A DNA stretch of 64,000 bases from Heterodontus francisci (lineage: Eukaryota), in assembly GCF_036365525.1 (NCBI RefSeq), contig NC_090407.1, forward strand, positions 22,410,084 to 22,474,083. Reading direction: 5' to 3'. The position numbers and the translations under genes were made by a program. Below the pieces are notes generated by a model, which made no database searches, was not told where the DNA came from, and was given only the letters and a program-made list of their open reading frames with translations. Positions 1 to 47,500 of the stretch are shown here, piece by piece. The stretch's first letter is position 1; the number at the start of each line of letters is the position of its first letter.

Positions 1-192
1 ATTTGTAATCCTTTCTTTGTTGTTTTAGTCAAAGAAACTGCAGAAACAAAACAAAAAGCAGTCAGGCTGGGAACAATTCAATCAATGAGGGTTAGAGGCC
101 TCGGCCTTGTGGAAACTCTTGAATTCGGTACAATCGCGGCTTCACCAAAAAATAATCCATTGGCGCGTCTCCAGGACATGTCCGGTCCTTAC

Positions 193-220
193 CCCGCTTG
201 TCGCGCCGGGATCGTGGCAT
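193..220 (-). CDS. MRTO4: MRTO4 (ribosome maturation factor MRT4 homolog) coding exon 1; rest of gene lies left of the window
   Basis: Minus strand ATG CCA CGA TCC CGG CGC GAC AAG CGG G|gtaagg = MPRSRRDKR, matching vertebrate MPKSKRDKK, then a phase-1 GT donor; head-to-head with EMC1 as in other vertebrates. Confidence 0.85.
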
Positions 221-482
221 CGTGCTAGGGGGCCGAGTATGCGGCGCCGGGACTCACAGCTCCGCCGCCCCTTCACTCACGCCGCCGCTAACAACGCGGT
301 CAGGACCCCGTGCCGCAGGGTGTTTTGGGATTAATGGCGCCTTCACTCCGCCTGTAAAATCGGCACCGAGTTATCAGACTCGGATAGAACACGTCAGGTT
401 TATTGATTCATCCCAAATAGCAAGGCTTCTGGGCACAGACTCTAACTGCACCCTAGGACGTAGCAGGAACTTTTCCGTATGA

Positions 483-569
483 GGATTCAGGAGGGCTGAG
501 CTCCCTATGCCCTCTGGGATTCTGGAGGGCGGAGCTCTCTCTGCACTCTGGGATACTGGAGGGCCGAGC
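483..569 (+). repeat. 34-bp tandem repeat (about 2.5 units) immediately upstream of the EMC1 ATG
   Basis: GGAGGGC..AGC units begin at 490, 524 and 558 (period 34). Confidence 0.8.
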
Positions 570-573
570 AGTG

Positions 574-34015
<33,442 letters not shown>

Positions 34016-35435
34016 ATACCATTGGCACACAAGAGAGTACTTGTAGTAGAGTGGAACTGAAGATGGGTGCAACCTTAATCAGGGACCCAGATGGAGTCGG
34101 TGCTCTTGTGCCCATGTACATACTATGTATATCTTTTGTAACACACTCTTGCTACGAGAAGCAGAGTGATGGACACTTTCATGAATAGATTTTTAAAAAA
34201 AGAATTGGTTTAATTGCTGTAAAAAAAATAATTGAAGCGTTTCTATTGATCAGTAATTTTTTTTTTTGAGGTAAAAGATATTTTTGTTCCTGCAGAGCTT
34301 GGAGCTGAAAGGGGAACAGTTGAAAGTGAGATGTTATGATTAACAGCAAAGCTGAATTTGAATGTTTCCCGCTGCAGCGCTTTAGATCTTTGGCTTTTGT
34401 TGTGTTTTTGGAATTAGTTGATATTTGATAATAGAACATGGATATTGCATCCAGCTCAGGTTCCCCTTTAAACACAAGTGCTGGAGACTAATTTCATTGT
34501 TGGATCATCGGACAGAAAACCTTGGTTGTGTACACAATTTAAGTTGTCTAACATTCTGGTGTTCCTTTGGACTTAAAGCTCCTTTGTGAGGTTTTGAAAT
34601 ATTTTAAAAAGAGCTGGTCTGCAATGCTGAGACGCTGCCACATGGTGTTGCTAGATTGTTTTTGTCTGGTTAGGCACTGGATCCACATGGTGGTAAGAAA
34701 GTGTACTACATCCTCCACCCTTGGGCATTATCTTCAGTCCCAACTCTCCTAAATGGGCAAGAAATTACTGACTTGTCATCTTTTATTTTAGTGCCATGAT
34801 TATGTTGATCTCCCAATGTAACAAACCATCCCACTTTGAAGTGTTGCATGTTGATGGTGTTTGTGAGGAGTGGTTGATAGGGGATTGCTGATTGATTACT
34901 TGTGTGAATTTGAAATAGTTGTTAATTGTTTTGATTGAAATCCTGAAGTTTGTGTGTGAGGGAGTTGTGGGGTGAGTGTGCATGTACCTTCAATGTCACC
35001 CAGCAAATGTGTGAAATACAAAAAATTCTGAAAAGTTTAACAGTTGCAACTTGCAAGTGTACCCTAGGAATAGAGAATTTTGACTGTTTATGATTTTAAG
35101 TCATGGATGTTTAATACTTAACTCTTGAAAACCTTGACCGGGTTTTAGAGTCAACTTAAAATGTGCAATGGATGAGTGAGTGAACAGGATTAAAGCCAGA
35201 TCTGTGTGAATATCTGAGATTCTAATCATGTGCCCAAGTTGCAGCGCGTGTTGTAGGGAAGGGAGGGTTAGAATGACAGTTCTAATCTTATCCTGGTTAG
35301 TTACGTGTCTTCTCTCCTGTTCCTGTAATTCAAGTACATCCACATCAAAAACATTGATACTTGAAACTAATACATTGAAATCTGTTAAATAGTAAATACT
35401 AATTTATGTTTCATGGGTTGTTTTTGAAATCACTA

Positions 35436-35441
35436 AATAAA
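35436..35441 (+). terminator. Candidate EMC1 polyadenylation signal
   Basis: AATAAA followed about 25 nt later by a T-rich tract; AT-rich, TE-poor stretch from the stop codon is 3'UTR-like. Confidence 0.35.
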
Positions 35442-35799
35442 ATGTTATGGTGACATTGAACTTATTTTTTTTCTGAGCTTTAGATGCAGATAATGTAAAG
35501 CTTAATAGATTAGCTATATCAGTTTTGCGCTTTGAGCAGGTTAAGATATGGCCAACAACTAGATCCGTGGTAATGATGCTTTCCAAGTAGTTTTTTAATT
35601 GATTAATGTCTCGTACAGTAACATCATTGTTGGTGGCTGCTCCCTGCCACGGTGAGTTACAAAGGCTGGTGCTGCAGTTTGATTGTTTCAATATTTGGAG
35701 TTATAAAATGTTGCTAATTGTAACAGTTGATCTTCCATTTAATACTCAACATTTGCTGTAATTGGGTCTTGCTGAAATAAGCTTCCACCACCACTTGAT

Positions 35800-36125
35800 A
35801 TTAAGCTGTCTTGAACAGTTTTTACAGTAAATATACACAGTGAATCCACAAGGTCCCACAAACAGCAGTGAAATAAATAGCCATGTTTTAGTGATGTTGC
35901 TTGAGAAGATTGTTGGCCAGGTCAGCTGTGGAGAACTCCACTCTTCCAATAGTGCCGTGGGATCATTTGCATCCACCTGAATGGACAGACACATCCTCTG
36001 ATGGTGCATCACTCCCTCAGTACTGCTCTGAAACATCAGTGTAGATTGTGTGCTTAAGTCTTGGTACAGGGCTCAAACCCACAATCTCCTAACTCAGAGC
36101 AAGAGTGTTACCATTGAGCTAAGGC
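35800..36125 (-). mobile_element. SacSINE1-like DeuSINE
   Basis: GCATCACTCCCTCAGTACTGC core in reverse. Confidence 0.6.
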
Positions 36126-36960
36126 TGAAAAATAATGTAAAGGTGAGTAGAGTCATTAAAGAGCTAATTTAAGATTTAGGAATCTCTCCCTCTGATAAAA
36201 GGTGTGAACTTAAATGAATTTCTATTCAATCTGTTGCTTTTTTTTTTACTTTAGGGGGGGATGAACATAAAACAGTTGAAATATACTTATGTATTTTGAG
36301 TATAAGTACCTCTGTTGTTTCATAACACTCTTCTGACACAACCAAGAGTTCTAAGCTATTGGCACTTAATTTCAAAGTTCAGGCAGACGTAAAATTAATT
36401 AAAATAATTTAACAGCTCATAAAGAGGAAATGGTGGAAGGAGGCTGGTAATGTTGATAAACCTAGAACAGTTGGGCCAAATGGCCAATTACTGTGCTGTA
36501 GGTTTGATGTAACTATAATGTAACGTTACAATTTAGAAAAATTTTAACAGTATTTATTTACATTGCTGGTTTTCTTTTCCATTCATCTTAATCATGTTTT
36601 TTACTCCTATTGAAGACTATGTAACTTTATTATCTAGGCTACTGGGGGAAGATTGCAAATGAAATGTGACAGTTGTGGATTGGATAGGGAGCAGAGACTA
36701 TGTAGTAGGAGGTACTGAGAGTACCCAGTTTTATAATGTTGCTCGATTGCTGGGGCTGCTAACTGGAGCATTCCAGGTGGGAGGTGAGTAGGATGCACTT
36801 GATTAAATGAATGGGCAAAACTGTAGCAGATGGAGTTCAATGTGTGGAAGTGTTTGAAACTTTGAAGGATCAGAGATATTTAGGGGTTCAATACAGCAAT
36901 CACAAAGGCACAAATATAAGGGCTAATGGAATGTTGGGCTTTATCTCAGGAGGGCTGGAA

Positions 36961-37286
36961 GTTTAGTTTAGTTTAGAGATACAGCACTGAAACAGGCCCT
37001 TCGGCCCACCGAGTCTGTGCCGACCATCAACCACCCATTTATACTAATCCTATACTAATTCCATATTCCTACCACATCCCCACCTGTCCCTATATTCTCC
37101 TACCACCTACCTATACTAGGGGCAATTTATAATGGCCAATTAACCTATCAATCAGCAAGTCTTTGGCATGTGGGAGGAAACCCATGCAGACACAGGGAGA
37201 ACTTGCAAACTCCACACAGGCAGTACCCAGAATTGAACCCGGGTCGCTGGAGCTGTGAGGCTGCGGTGCTAACCACTGTGCCGCCC
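36961..37286 (-). mobile_element. HE1-like V-SINE inside an old CR1 fragment (about 36650-37955)
   Basis: Reverse complement of the HE1 consensus with (TAAAC)n tail. Confidence 0.87.
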
Positions 37287-37959
37287 AATTGCATAAAGCT
37301 CTGGTTAGACCCCATTTAGAGTACAACAGTGAATTGTGACCAGTGCACCTTGAAGGATCTGCCTTCGAGGCAGATTTACCAGAATGATACTGGGGCTAAA
37401 ATCATTAAGTTATGAGGACCGGTTGCAAAGACTAGGCTTGTAATCCCATGTGTACAGAAGATTGAGGGGTGATAAAGTTGAGGTGTTTAAAATAATTAAA
37501 AAATTGATTAGGATTGGTAGGTGATAATTATTTCTTGTAATGGGACAGTCCAGAACAAGAAGGCATAACAAAGTTAGAGCGAGACTGTTCAGGGATACTG
37601 CCAGGAAGCACAAAGGGTAGTGGAAATCTGGAACTTTCTCCCCAAAACGCTGTTCTGACTGGGAGAGGGGATCAGTTGAAAATGTCAAAACTGAGATTGA
37701 TACATTATTATTGAAGGTTAAAGAATCAAGACGCATGAATGGAGTTATTACAGATGGGAATGCACTGCCTGAGTGGGTGGTGGAGGCAGGTTCAATTGAA
37801 GCATTCAAAAGGGAATTAGACTTACATGAAAAGGAAGACTGTGCAGGATTATGGAGATAAGGGGAGGGGGTGACACTTGGTGAATTGCTCATTCAGAGAG
37901 CCGGTGCACACACAATGGGCCTAATGGCTTCCTTCTGTACTGTACCAATTCTGTGAACG

Positions 37960-38560
37960 TAGGCTTTTTCTCGCGGCTGTTGCAGCGTAACATGGAAGCC
38001 TCAACCCAGAGGGCCGGGCTGGACCAGCGTCAGCCGCGCCCACTCATACACCACGGGGTCGACAACCCGGACCGCTTTGCGTGGTGCACCAGTGGGCAAT
38101 GCGCATGCGCGGGGCCGCCCGGAGTGTTTAGTGTGTTGTACCAGCAGGGCTGCGGAAGATGGCGTTGAATTCGGCCCCGGCCCCGGAGCCTGATCCGGAC
38201 TGGAGTGCTGCTGTCCGCCCACTTCTCGCCGCCTCCTACTCCACCTTCGAGCCACGGGATATCTCTCAGCTCTTCAGCTCAGTCATTAATAGGTAAACTG
38301 CGAGGCTGCACACGGGCCCGTGGGGTGGGTTGGGGGAGGCTCCCCGGCCAGCCGGCCGGGAGGGCCCCAACAATGCGCCTTGAGGCCTCGCATCACCTTC
38401 GGGTCCAGTCCTGGAGTCGCTGGCTCCAGATTCGGCCTTTGTATCCAGCGGTATAGCAGGTGTGAGGAAACAAGTGCAGAGCCTCCGGCCTGGGCGAACA
38501 GCCGGGAACTTCCTAGCATCTGAAGCAAACAAGAGGGGGAGGGGCCGCGGCATTAGATAT
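37960..38560. promoter_or_regulatory. UBR4 CpG-island promoter with NRF1 and YY1 motifs
   Basis: CpG-rich; TGCGCATGCGC (NRF1 consensus) at 38100-38110; AAGATGGCG (YY1 consensus) overlapping the ATG at 38159. Confidence 0.75.
38159..38292 (+). CDS. UBR4: UBR4 exon 1
   Basis: MALNSAPAPEPDPDWSAAVRPLLAASYSTFEPRDISQLFSSVIN; donor gtaaac. Confidence 0.9.
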
Positions 38561-41500
38561 ATCACACCCCCTCCTGTTTTATTCAATGTATAGTAACAAC
38601 TTGCATTTCTATAGCGTTTTCACTGTAGACAAATGTCTGGAGGATATATAAAGTTGAACAGGGATCCAGTCGTAGGGATATTCTGGGGGTCACGAAGCGC
38701 TCGATATAGGAGATGCATCTTTTTAGGAGGATCCTAAAGGATGGAAGGGAGGTGGAAAGGTTTCGGGAAGGAATTCAAGAGCTATGGACCTAGACAGTTG
38801 AAGTCACGGCCCCTAGTGGTTAGGCCAAGGGAGGAAGGATTTGCATTAGATTAGTCAGAGGAACGGAGCTTTTGGGGTAGGTAACATCGGAACAGTAGTC
38901 TGCCATTCAACCCCTTTAACCTGTTCCGTCAGTTAGGTCATATCTGTCCTACCAAATTCCTTTCTGATGTTTAATACCTAGATCTGATCAGACCTCACTC
39001 TTCTGAGATGAAGGGAATAGAAGCTGTTTATGCAACCTACATAGGAACATACATACGAATTAGGAGCAGGAGTAGGCCCTTCGAGCCTGCTCCGCCATTC
39101 AATCAGTTCATTGCTGAACTGATTACTCCACATTTCCACCTACCCCCGATAACCTTCCACTCCCTTGCTTATCAAGATTTAATCTACCTCTACCTTAAAA
39201 ATGTTCAAAGACTCTGCTTCCATTGCCTTTTCAGTAAGAGAATTCCAAAGACTCATGACCCTCTGAGAGAAAAAAAATTCTCTTCATCTCTGTCTTAAAT
39301 GGGTGACCCCTTATTTTTAAACAGTGACCCCTAGTTCTAGATTCTCCCACAAGGGGAAACATCCTTTCCCCATCCACCTTGTCAAGACCTCTCAGGATCT
39401 TTTATGTTTCAATCAAGTTACTTCTTACTCTTCTAAACTCCAGCTGATACAAGCATAGCCTGGCCAATCTTTCCTGGTAAGACAGCCCGCCCATTCCAGG
39501 TATTAGTCTAGTAAACCTTCTCTGTACTGCCTCCAACGCATTTACGTCCTTCCTTAAATAAGGTGACCAGTACTGTACACAGTACTCCAGATGTGGATTC
39601 ACCAATGCCCTTTATAGCTGAATACTTTTGTATTCAATTCCCCTCGCGATAAACAATAACATTCTATTAGCTTTCCTAATTACGTGCTGTACCTGCATAC
39701 TAACTGTTTGCAATTCATGCACTGGGGCACCCAGATCCCTTTGCAGCTCAGAGTTCTGCAATCTCTCACCATTTAGATTATATGCCTTTTTATTCTTCCT
39801 GCCAAAGTGGATAATTTCCCACTTTCCCACATTATACTCCATTTGCCAGGTCTTTCCCCATTTACTTAACCTATCTATATCCCTTTGTAGCCCCCTTATG
39901 TCCTCTTCACAAGTTGCTTTCCTACCTATCATTGTGTCATCAGCAAATTTAGCAACCATACCTTTGGTCCCTTCATCTAAGTCATTTATATAAATTGTAA
40001 AAAGTCGGGGCCCCAGCACAGATCTCTGTGGCACACCACTCATTACATCTTGCCAACCAGAAAATGACCCATTTATGCCTACTGTTGGTTTCCTGTTAGC
40101 TAGCCAATTTTCTATCCATGCCAATATGTTACCCCCTACACCATGAGCTTTTATTTTCTGCAATAACCTTTGATGTGGCATCTTATCCAATGCCTTCTGG
40201 AAATCTAAGTACAGTACATCCACCAGTTCCCATTTATCCGCAGCACATGTAACTCCCTCAAAGAACTCCAATAAATTGGTTAAACATGATTTCCCTTTCA
40301 CAAAACCATGTTGACTCTGCCTGTCCACATAATTTAAACCTTTATGTCCGGTTATCATTCTGATAAATCCTCACTGTTTTCCTTTTAAGATCAGTTATCT
40401 TTTCTGTGGTTTGGTGCCTGAAACTGAATGCAGCAGTACACCAGATGGAGTCTATATTGCTGAAGCATAACTTCCTCTCTCCTTGTATTTCAGCCTGCTT
40501 CAGATAAGGGCTAACATTTCATTAGCCTGATTGATTACTTATCTGCACACAAGCTTTTAGTAATTTGTGTGCCTGGACACAAGTCCCGTTGTTCCACAGT
40601 TCTTAATCCTTCGCCATTAAGAAAATGTTCCAACCTGTCTTGATTGCAAAGCAGATGATCTCACACTTGCCTACGTTGAATTCTATTACCATAATTTTAC
40701 TCCACTCTGTTCATGCCCTGCGTCCTAACTTAGTGTAATTTGCAAACTTGAATTTCCAGCTCTATTACAAAGTCATTGATATACAGTATATGAGTGGCGC
40801 AGTGGCTAGCGCCGCACAGCTCCAGCGACCCGGGTTTGGTTCTGGGTACTGCCTGTGCGGAGTTTGCAAGTTCTCCCTGTGACTGTGTGGGTTTCCTCTG
40901 GGTGCTCCGGTTTCCTCCCACATGCCAAAGACTTGCGGGTTGATAGGTAAATTGGCCATTGTAAAAAAAAAAAAAAAATTTGCGCTAGTGTAGGTAGGTG
41001 GTAGGAGAATTGAGGGAAGGTGGGGATGTGAGAGGGAAAATGGGATTAATGTAGGATTGGTATAAATGGGTGGTTGATGGTCGGCGTGGACCCGGGCTGA
41101 ACGGCCTGTTTCAGTGCTGTATCTCTCTATGACTCTATATGATTCTATGACAAATTGAAGCCCCAGTGAAAATTCCTGGGAACGCCACAAGGTCACATCC
41201 CAGCAACGAGTACCTTTCCTTTAACCCCACTCTCTGTCTCTTAGCTCCAAAACAATTGATGACCCACATCACAAGGTTAGCTCCAATTCCCTGAGCTCCC
41301 ATTTTTGCCAATGATCAATTGAAATTTTGAAGAATACAGGGCTGAAGGACAAGGTATCAAATAGTTGATACTCCCATTTTGTTCCATTACCCCATCTTGT
41401 GTAGACTCTCTCTCTTTATTTCGAGCAGCCCCATCACAAAATGTCCACCAAGAATTATAGCTTTTAAAGCATTAGGTTTCTAAGCTTCAGGAACTGTAAA

Positions 41501-44500
41501 CAGTAGGTCTCCCTCCATGCTGGGCTGCTTCATGATATCACTGATGGCACCATTCAAAATGACAGGTTTATAAGACTGAGCAGTTTAGGCCTTTACTCTC
41601 TAGAGTTTAGAAGAATGAGAGGAGATCTAATTGAGGTATATAACATGATTAAGGGGATTGACAAAGTAGACGTAGAGAGGATGTTTCCTCTTGTGGGGCA
41701 ATCTAGAACGAGAGGTCATAGTTTTAGGATAAGGGGTAGCAGATTTAAAACAGATGAGAAATTGCTTCTCTCAAAGGGTTGTGAGTCTGTGAAATTCACT
41801 ACCCCAGAGTGTGGTGGATGCTGCGACATTGAGTAAATTTAAGGAGGAGGTAGACAAATTTTTAATTAGTAATGGGTTGAAGGGTTATGGAGAACGGGCA
41901 GGAAAGTGGAGTTGAGGCTGAGATGAGATCAGCCATGATCGTATTGAATGGCAGGGCAGGCTCGAGGGGGCTGAATTGTCTACTCCTGCTCCTAGTTCTT
42001 ATGTTCTTATTAGCACGTGATCTTACCCTGACACATCTGAACCCAGCAGACCATGCTATCAGCTGAAGATTTTCTAGTGTGCTCCAAATACAAGGGTTTA
42101 AAAAATGACTTTTTGTTTTAGGATATTTTCAGATATAAAATGGATAACTTGAAATGGTCCTCCAGTTGAAAGTTTTTGGGTGAATTATTAGTCGCAAAAT
42201 AGACCCACGAACTCCAGCTGTGGTTCCATCCCCTGGCAAATGACGGCAGCCCAGACACGTGGTGTACTGGTGGCAGCTGTGGTTACATAATACTGACTGA
42301 AAAATAAGCTCCTCCTTCTCTGAATATATTAGGGATGTAAATAGTGTAAAGCTGGATGGGAATGACTGTGCTTATCATAGTCCCTCGGTCTGCTTATATG
42401 CATTGTACTGGGACTCTGTCGGCTCAGTGACTTGCAGATTAATCACTGTCTTCAGGTAGCCCCAATGAGATGTTGAGGTTTCTCTGCACAGCCATCTGTA
42501 GTGAACTGATGACCGAGCTTATTCAGTTGGAAAATGTTTTTCTTCTGTGGCCTTCTACCAGAACCGTTTTGGTGGGTGAGGTGTCAAGGGAAGTAAAACC
42601 ACTTCATTTGCAATTGCTCTTGACAAGATTGTTATTGTGCACTCCACCAAATAAAATGTGTAATTAAAACTATAATGAGTAGCGTTTCTGCTGCCTCCGT
42701 CGGGCAGAATTTTACAGCTGGTTGGAGCATGATGCTTTGCCACACTGTGTGGTGCAGTAAGACATGGTGTAAGGGGATTTATTATCCTCATTGACCTGCG
42801 GGTTGTCTGAGATCAATGGCTGCTTTGGGAACAAACTGTACCTGTTTCATAAATTTCTCAGCATAAAAGCATTTTAAAGAAGGCTACATCAGTGATACTT
42901 ATGTAGAAATCCGCACCTACTTTCTTTAGACTATTGTTCAAATAAAATCGGCTCAGTGGGCAGCACTTTTGCCTCTTTGTCAGAAGGTCGAGAGACTTGA
43001 GCGCATAATCCAGGCTGACACTCCCAGTGCAGTACTGAGGGAGTGTTGCACTGCTGGAGGTGCCATCTTTCGGATGAGACGTTAAACTGAGGCCTTGTTT
43101 GCCCCCTCAGCTGGATGTAAAAGATCCAATGGCACATTTTGAACAAGCATAGCGGCGTTCTTCCCCTGTGTCCTGGATGATATTTTTCCTTAACCAACAT
43201 CCCAAAAAATAAAATTTTCTGGTAACGTCTCTCATTTGTGGGAGTTTGCTGTGCACAAATTGGTTGCCAAGTTTCCTACACTAATGCAGTACCTACTTCA
43301 GAAGTGCCTAATTGGCTGTCAGGCACTTTGGAACATGCTGAAAAACTGCTGTATGAATGCACGTTATTTCTTACCATTACATCCAGCAAGGCCGAGTAGG
43401 GCACAGAAGTCACCCAGCTTTTCATAAATTTGTTCTTGGGATGTGCGTATCGCTGGCAAGGCCAGCATTCATTGCACATTCCTAAATGCCCTTGAGCAGG
43501 TAGTAGTGAGCTGTCTGCTTGTGCCAGTTTGAACTTTCTCCTTTGGACCTAGGGTATCTTCTTTGTCTTTAGCCACCATTGGTCATATTCCATGTAACCG
43601 ACATCAGGAGTACAAACCATTAGAGCAGTCTTTGCCATACTTGGTCAGCTCTGGACACAATTCTATGTGATGAAGCAGCCAAGCTTTAAGTCCTGGAAGC
43701 AGTGTTTGTTAGAGCGCCTCTAAGGGCTCATCTAATATCAGATGAGGTTGGAGTTTGAACTATCAGCCTTCTGGTTGGAAGTCTTGGACTTTGCTGTTGG
43801 GGTAATTACTGTCCAAAGAGCCTTCTCCAAGTATCAGTAAATTGATGGAAAGAATCAGTACCAGTGCCATCATGCAATACCTAGTCACCAATAATATGCT
43901 TGCTGGTCAGTATGGGTTCTGCCAGATTCATTTGCTCCAGACCTCCTCATCGCCTTCATCCAGGCATGGATGCAAGAGGGGAGAGTATCTGTTCTCGACA
44001 TCACGGTAGCAAGTATAGTGCCAAGGAATCCTAACAAGGCCTACTCCGCCTTTCAGTAAGATCAGCTGATCTGATTGTAACTTCAACTCCACATTCCCGC
44101 CTACCCCCAATAACCTTCACCCCCTTGCTTATCAAGAATCGATCTACCTCTGCCTTAAAAATATTCAAAGACTCTGCTTCCACTGCCTTTTGAGGAAGAG
44201 AGTTCCAAAGGCTCACAGCCCTCTGAGAGATACAAATTCTCCTCATCTCTGTCTTAAATGGGTGACCCCTTATTTTTAAACAGTGACCCCTAGTTCTAGA
44301 TTCTCCCACAAGAGGAAACATCCTTTCCACAACCACCCTGTCAAGACCTCTCAGGATCTCGTGTTTCAATCAAGTCGCCTCTTACTCTTCTAAACTCCAA
44401 CGGCTACAAGCCTAGCCTGTTCAATCTTTCTTCATAAGACAACCCGCCCATCCCAGGTATTAGTCTAGTACACCTTCTCTGAACTGCTTCCAATGTATTT

Positions 44501-47500
44501 ACATCCTTAAATAAGGAGACCAATACTGTACACAGAACGCCAGATGTAGTCTCACCAATGCCCTATATAGCTGAAGCATAACCTCCCTACTTTTGTATTC
44601 AATTTCCCTTGCAATAAACAATAACATTCTATTAGCTTTCCTAATTACGTGTTGTACCTGCATACTAACCTTTTGCGATTCGTGCACTAGGACACCCAGA
44701 TCCCTCTGCATCTCAGAGCTCTGCAATCTCTCACCATTGAAATAATATGCTTTTTTATTGTTCCTGCCAAAATGGACAATTTCACATTTTCCCACATTAT
44801 ACTCCATTTGCCAGATCTTTGCTTGCTCACCTAACCTATCTATATCCCTTTGTACCCTCCTTATAGCCTCTTCACAACTTACTTTCCTACCTATCATTAT
44901 GTCATCAGCAAATTTAGCAATCATACCTTTGGTCCCTTCATCCAAGTCATTTATATAAATTGTAAAACGTTGAGGCCCCGGCACAGATCCCTGTGGCATA
45001 CCACTTGTTACATCTTGCCAACCAGAAAATGACCCAGTTATGCATTCTTTGTTTCCTGGTAGCTAGCCAATCTTCCATCCATGCCAAAATGTTACCCCCT
45101 ACACCATGAACTCCTATTTTCTGCAATAACCTTTGATGTGGCACCTTATCAAATGCCTTCTGGAAATCTAAGTACAGTACATCCAACAGTTCCCCTTATC
45201 CGTAGCACATGTTATAGAACATAGAATTTCTTCAAAGAACTCCAATAAATTGGTTGAACATGATTTCCCTTTCACAAAGCCAATGATCATTTGGAACAAG
45301 AGAAAGCCCAATCATCTCCCCATGAGTTTTGACGATACCATCTTCTATGAGTACTCCATCATCAATATTTTAGGGTTCACCATGGACCAGAACTAGTAAC
45401 TGGGCCATCCACAACAACAATGTGATGCCAAGAACAGGGCAAAGGCTGGGTACACTAGCAAGTAGCTCCGTTGCTGACCCCACAAAGGCTGTCCACCATC
45501 AACAAGATTCAGTAAGGAGTATGATGGAAAACTCACCGCTCGTTTGAAGGGATACAGTTTGAATAATACTCAAGAAGCTCGACACCATCTAGACAGAGCA
45601 GTTTGTGATTGGTGTCTTTACCACTGGATTCAATATCCACCCACAGGGGCTGCATGTTCCAGAATCTACATAATTCAACTCTAGCAATCACCAAAGTTAC
45701 TTTGATAGCAGCCTGATTTTCTGTGACCTCTACTATTGCAAAAGACAGGCAGCAATGTCATGGCAAAACTGTTGCCTCCCAATTTCCCTTCCAACTCACA
45801 GATCAAGCGGGCTTGGAAATATATTGTTGCTTCGTTTGCTGGGAATCCAGAATCCAGGATTTTCTTTCCAAACATTGTGGGAGCAACATCACCACATGAA
45901 CTGCAGCGGTCCGATAAAGCAACCCGATCAACATCTCGGCAATTAGGGATAGACAATAAATGTGGCCTTGTCAATGTCACCCACTTCCTGAGCACAAATC
46001 AAAAAGTTGTACAGCTGCTCGAACACAATGTAGAAGCAGAGTTTCCCATTTTTCTGGCCCAACTGGGGTGTCAGTTCTCGGGTGCAATCCAGTGTTAAAT
46101 TTGTGGTGGATGATAATTTGAAAGGATAGTGAGTATTTTGAAGTGTGAGTACTGAAGTGATTGGTCCTGTTCTTGCTCTTGGTTTGGGTCAGTTGTACCT
46201 GTGTTAATTTAAAGCTTCTAACTTATTTGTTTTGTGTTTCAGTGAGAAGCAGATTCTGCATCATGACAAACAGTATGAACCCTTCTACTCCTCGTTTGTT
46301 GCTCTGTCTGCACATTACATCTCAACAGTCTGTGCACAGAGTGAGTGCGTCTAATCAAATCATCTTTTGATGCCATGAAAACCCATTTCACAAAGAATTG
46401 TAGTATTGGCCAGTGTGAAGAGACTTTAATCCTTTTATTTTGAGCTGCGTTCAATAAAAGCTGCTGAAGTGAGGTGGAGTTGAATGGTCTTGGGCACTGT
46501 GACTCGGGCATAAGGAAGTGTTGTCATAGTACAGCAAAGGTCAGGACATTTGGCCAGCCTGAGTTCGTCCCTTTAGCACATCACCTAGTTGCTGTAAGAA
46601 GTAGTATATGTTGAATAATTCAGATGTTTTTGGATGTATTATTGCCCTTCACAGACTATTACAGAATCATAGAATGTTACAGCACAGGAGGAGACCATTT
46701 GTCCCATCATTCCTGTGCCAGCTCTTGGAAAGAGCTATCCAATTAGTCCCCTTCAAACATTTCACATGAAAGAGTTTCTGGATTTTTCCAGGTTAATGCT
46801 AGACCAATGCATTTGCTCAGTTTTTAATTCCTAAAATATTTAATGTTTTGGAAACTGAAACCCTAACTGTAGCTGGTGCTAACTTTTCTTTTCCAACTTT
46901 TCTAGTTCCTAGGAACCAGTTACTGTCTGTTGCAGCTGCATGTAAAGTCCTGATTGAATTCTCGTTGATGCGCCTTGAGAATCCAGATGAAGCATGCGCT
47001 GTTTCACAGGTAATGATTTAAAACTTGGGACTGGTTACAGTCTTCTGTACTAAGTATCCATTATCCAACATAATAGATTCAGTCTATCTCTTCTCTTTCC
47101 CCACCAGCCACACACGCACCACTTTGTTTAGTTCCCTCATTGGCTGTCAGGGTTAGCAATTGCCTGAATTGCTTGATAGCTTTCTCGCCTCTGAGACAGG
47201 CCATGGGTTTATATCCCGTTCCAAGATTCGAGCGTATAACATACTATTACGACCAGGTGAAAATGAGTTTAGGGATTCCCTCTCAGCCTTTGCCTGGTTT
47301 AACCGTTTAATTTTAGAAACACCGTGTTTTTAGCTCCCCCTCAGTGAATCCTTCACTGCTTCAATTGTAAGGCAAAGAAATTAGACAGGTTTCCTTAGAT
47401 TTAAACAAGAAAAGTGGAAGTTTATTAATCTTAAACTCTAACCCTGTTAACGATGACGAATATGCGACCCGACCACGCCAGCATGTATACATGATAAACA

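Noticed and set aside
107-482. ORFs 107-334 and 198-482 in the promoter
   Set aside because: Stop-poor GC-rich sequence with non-ATG starts; better explained by the CpG island and antisense MRTO4 exon 1
37953-38586. Several overlapping ORFs at the UBR4 CpG island, a possible divergent gene
   Set aside because: GC-rich artefacts with no recognisable homology
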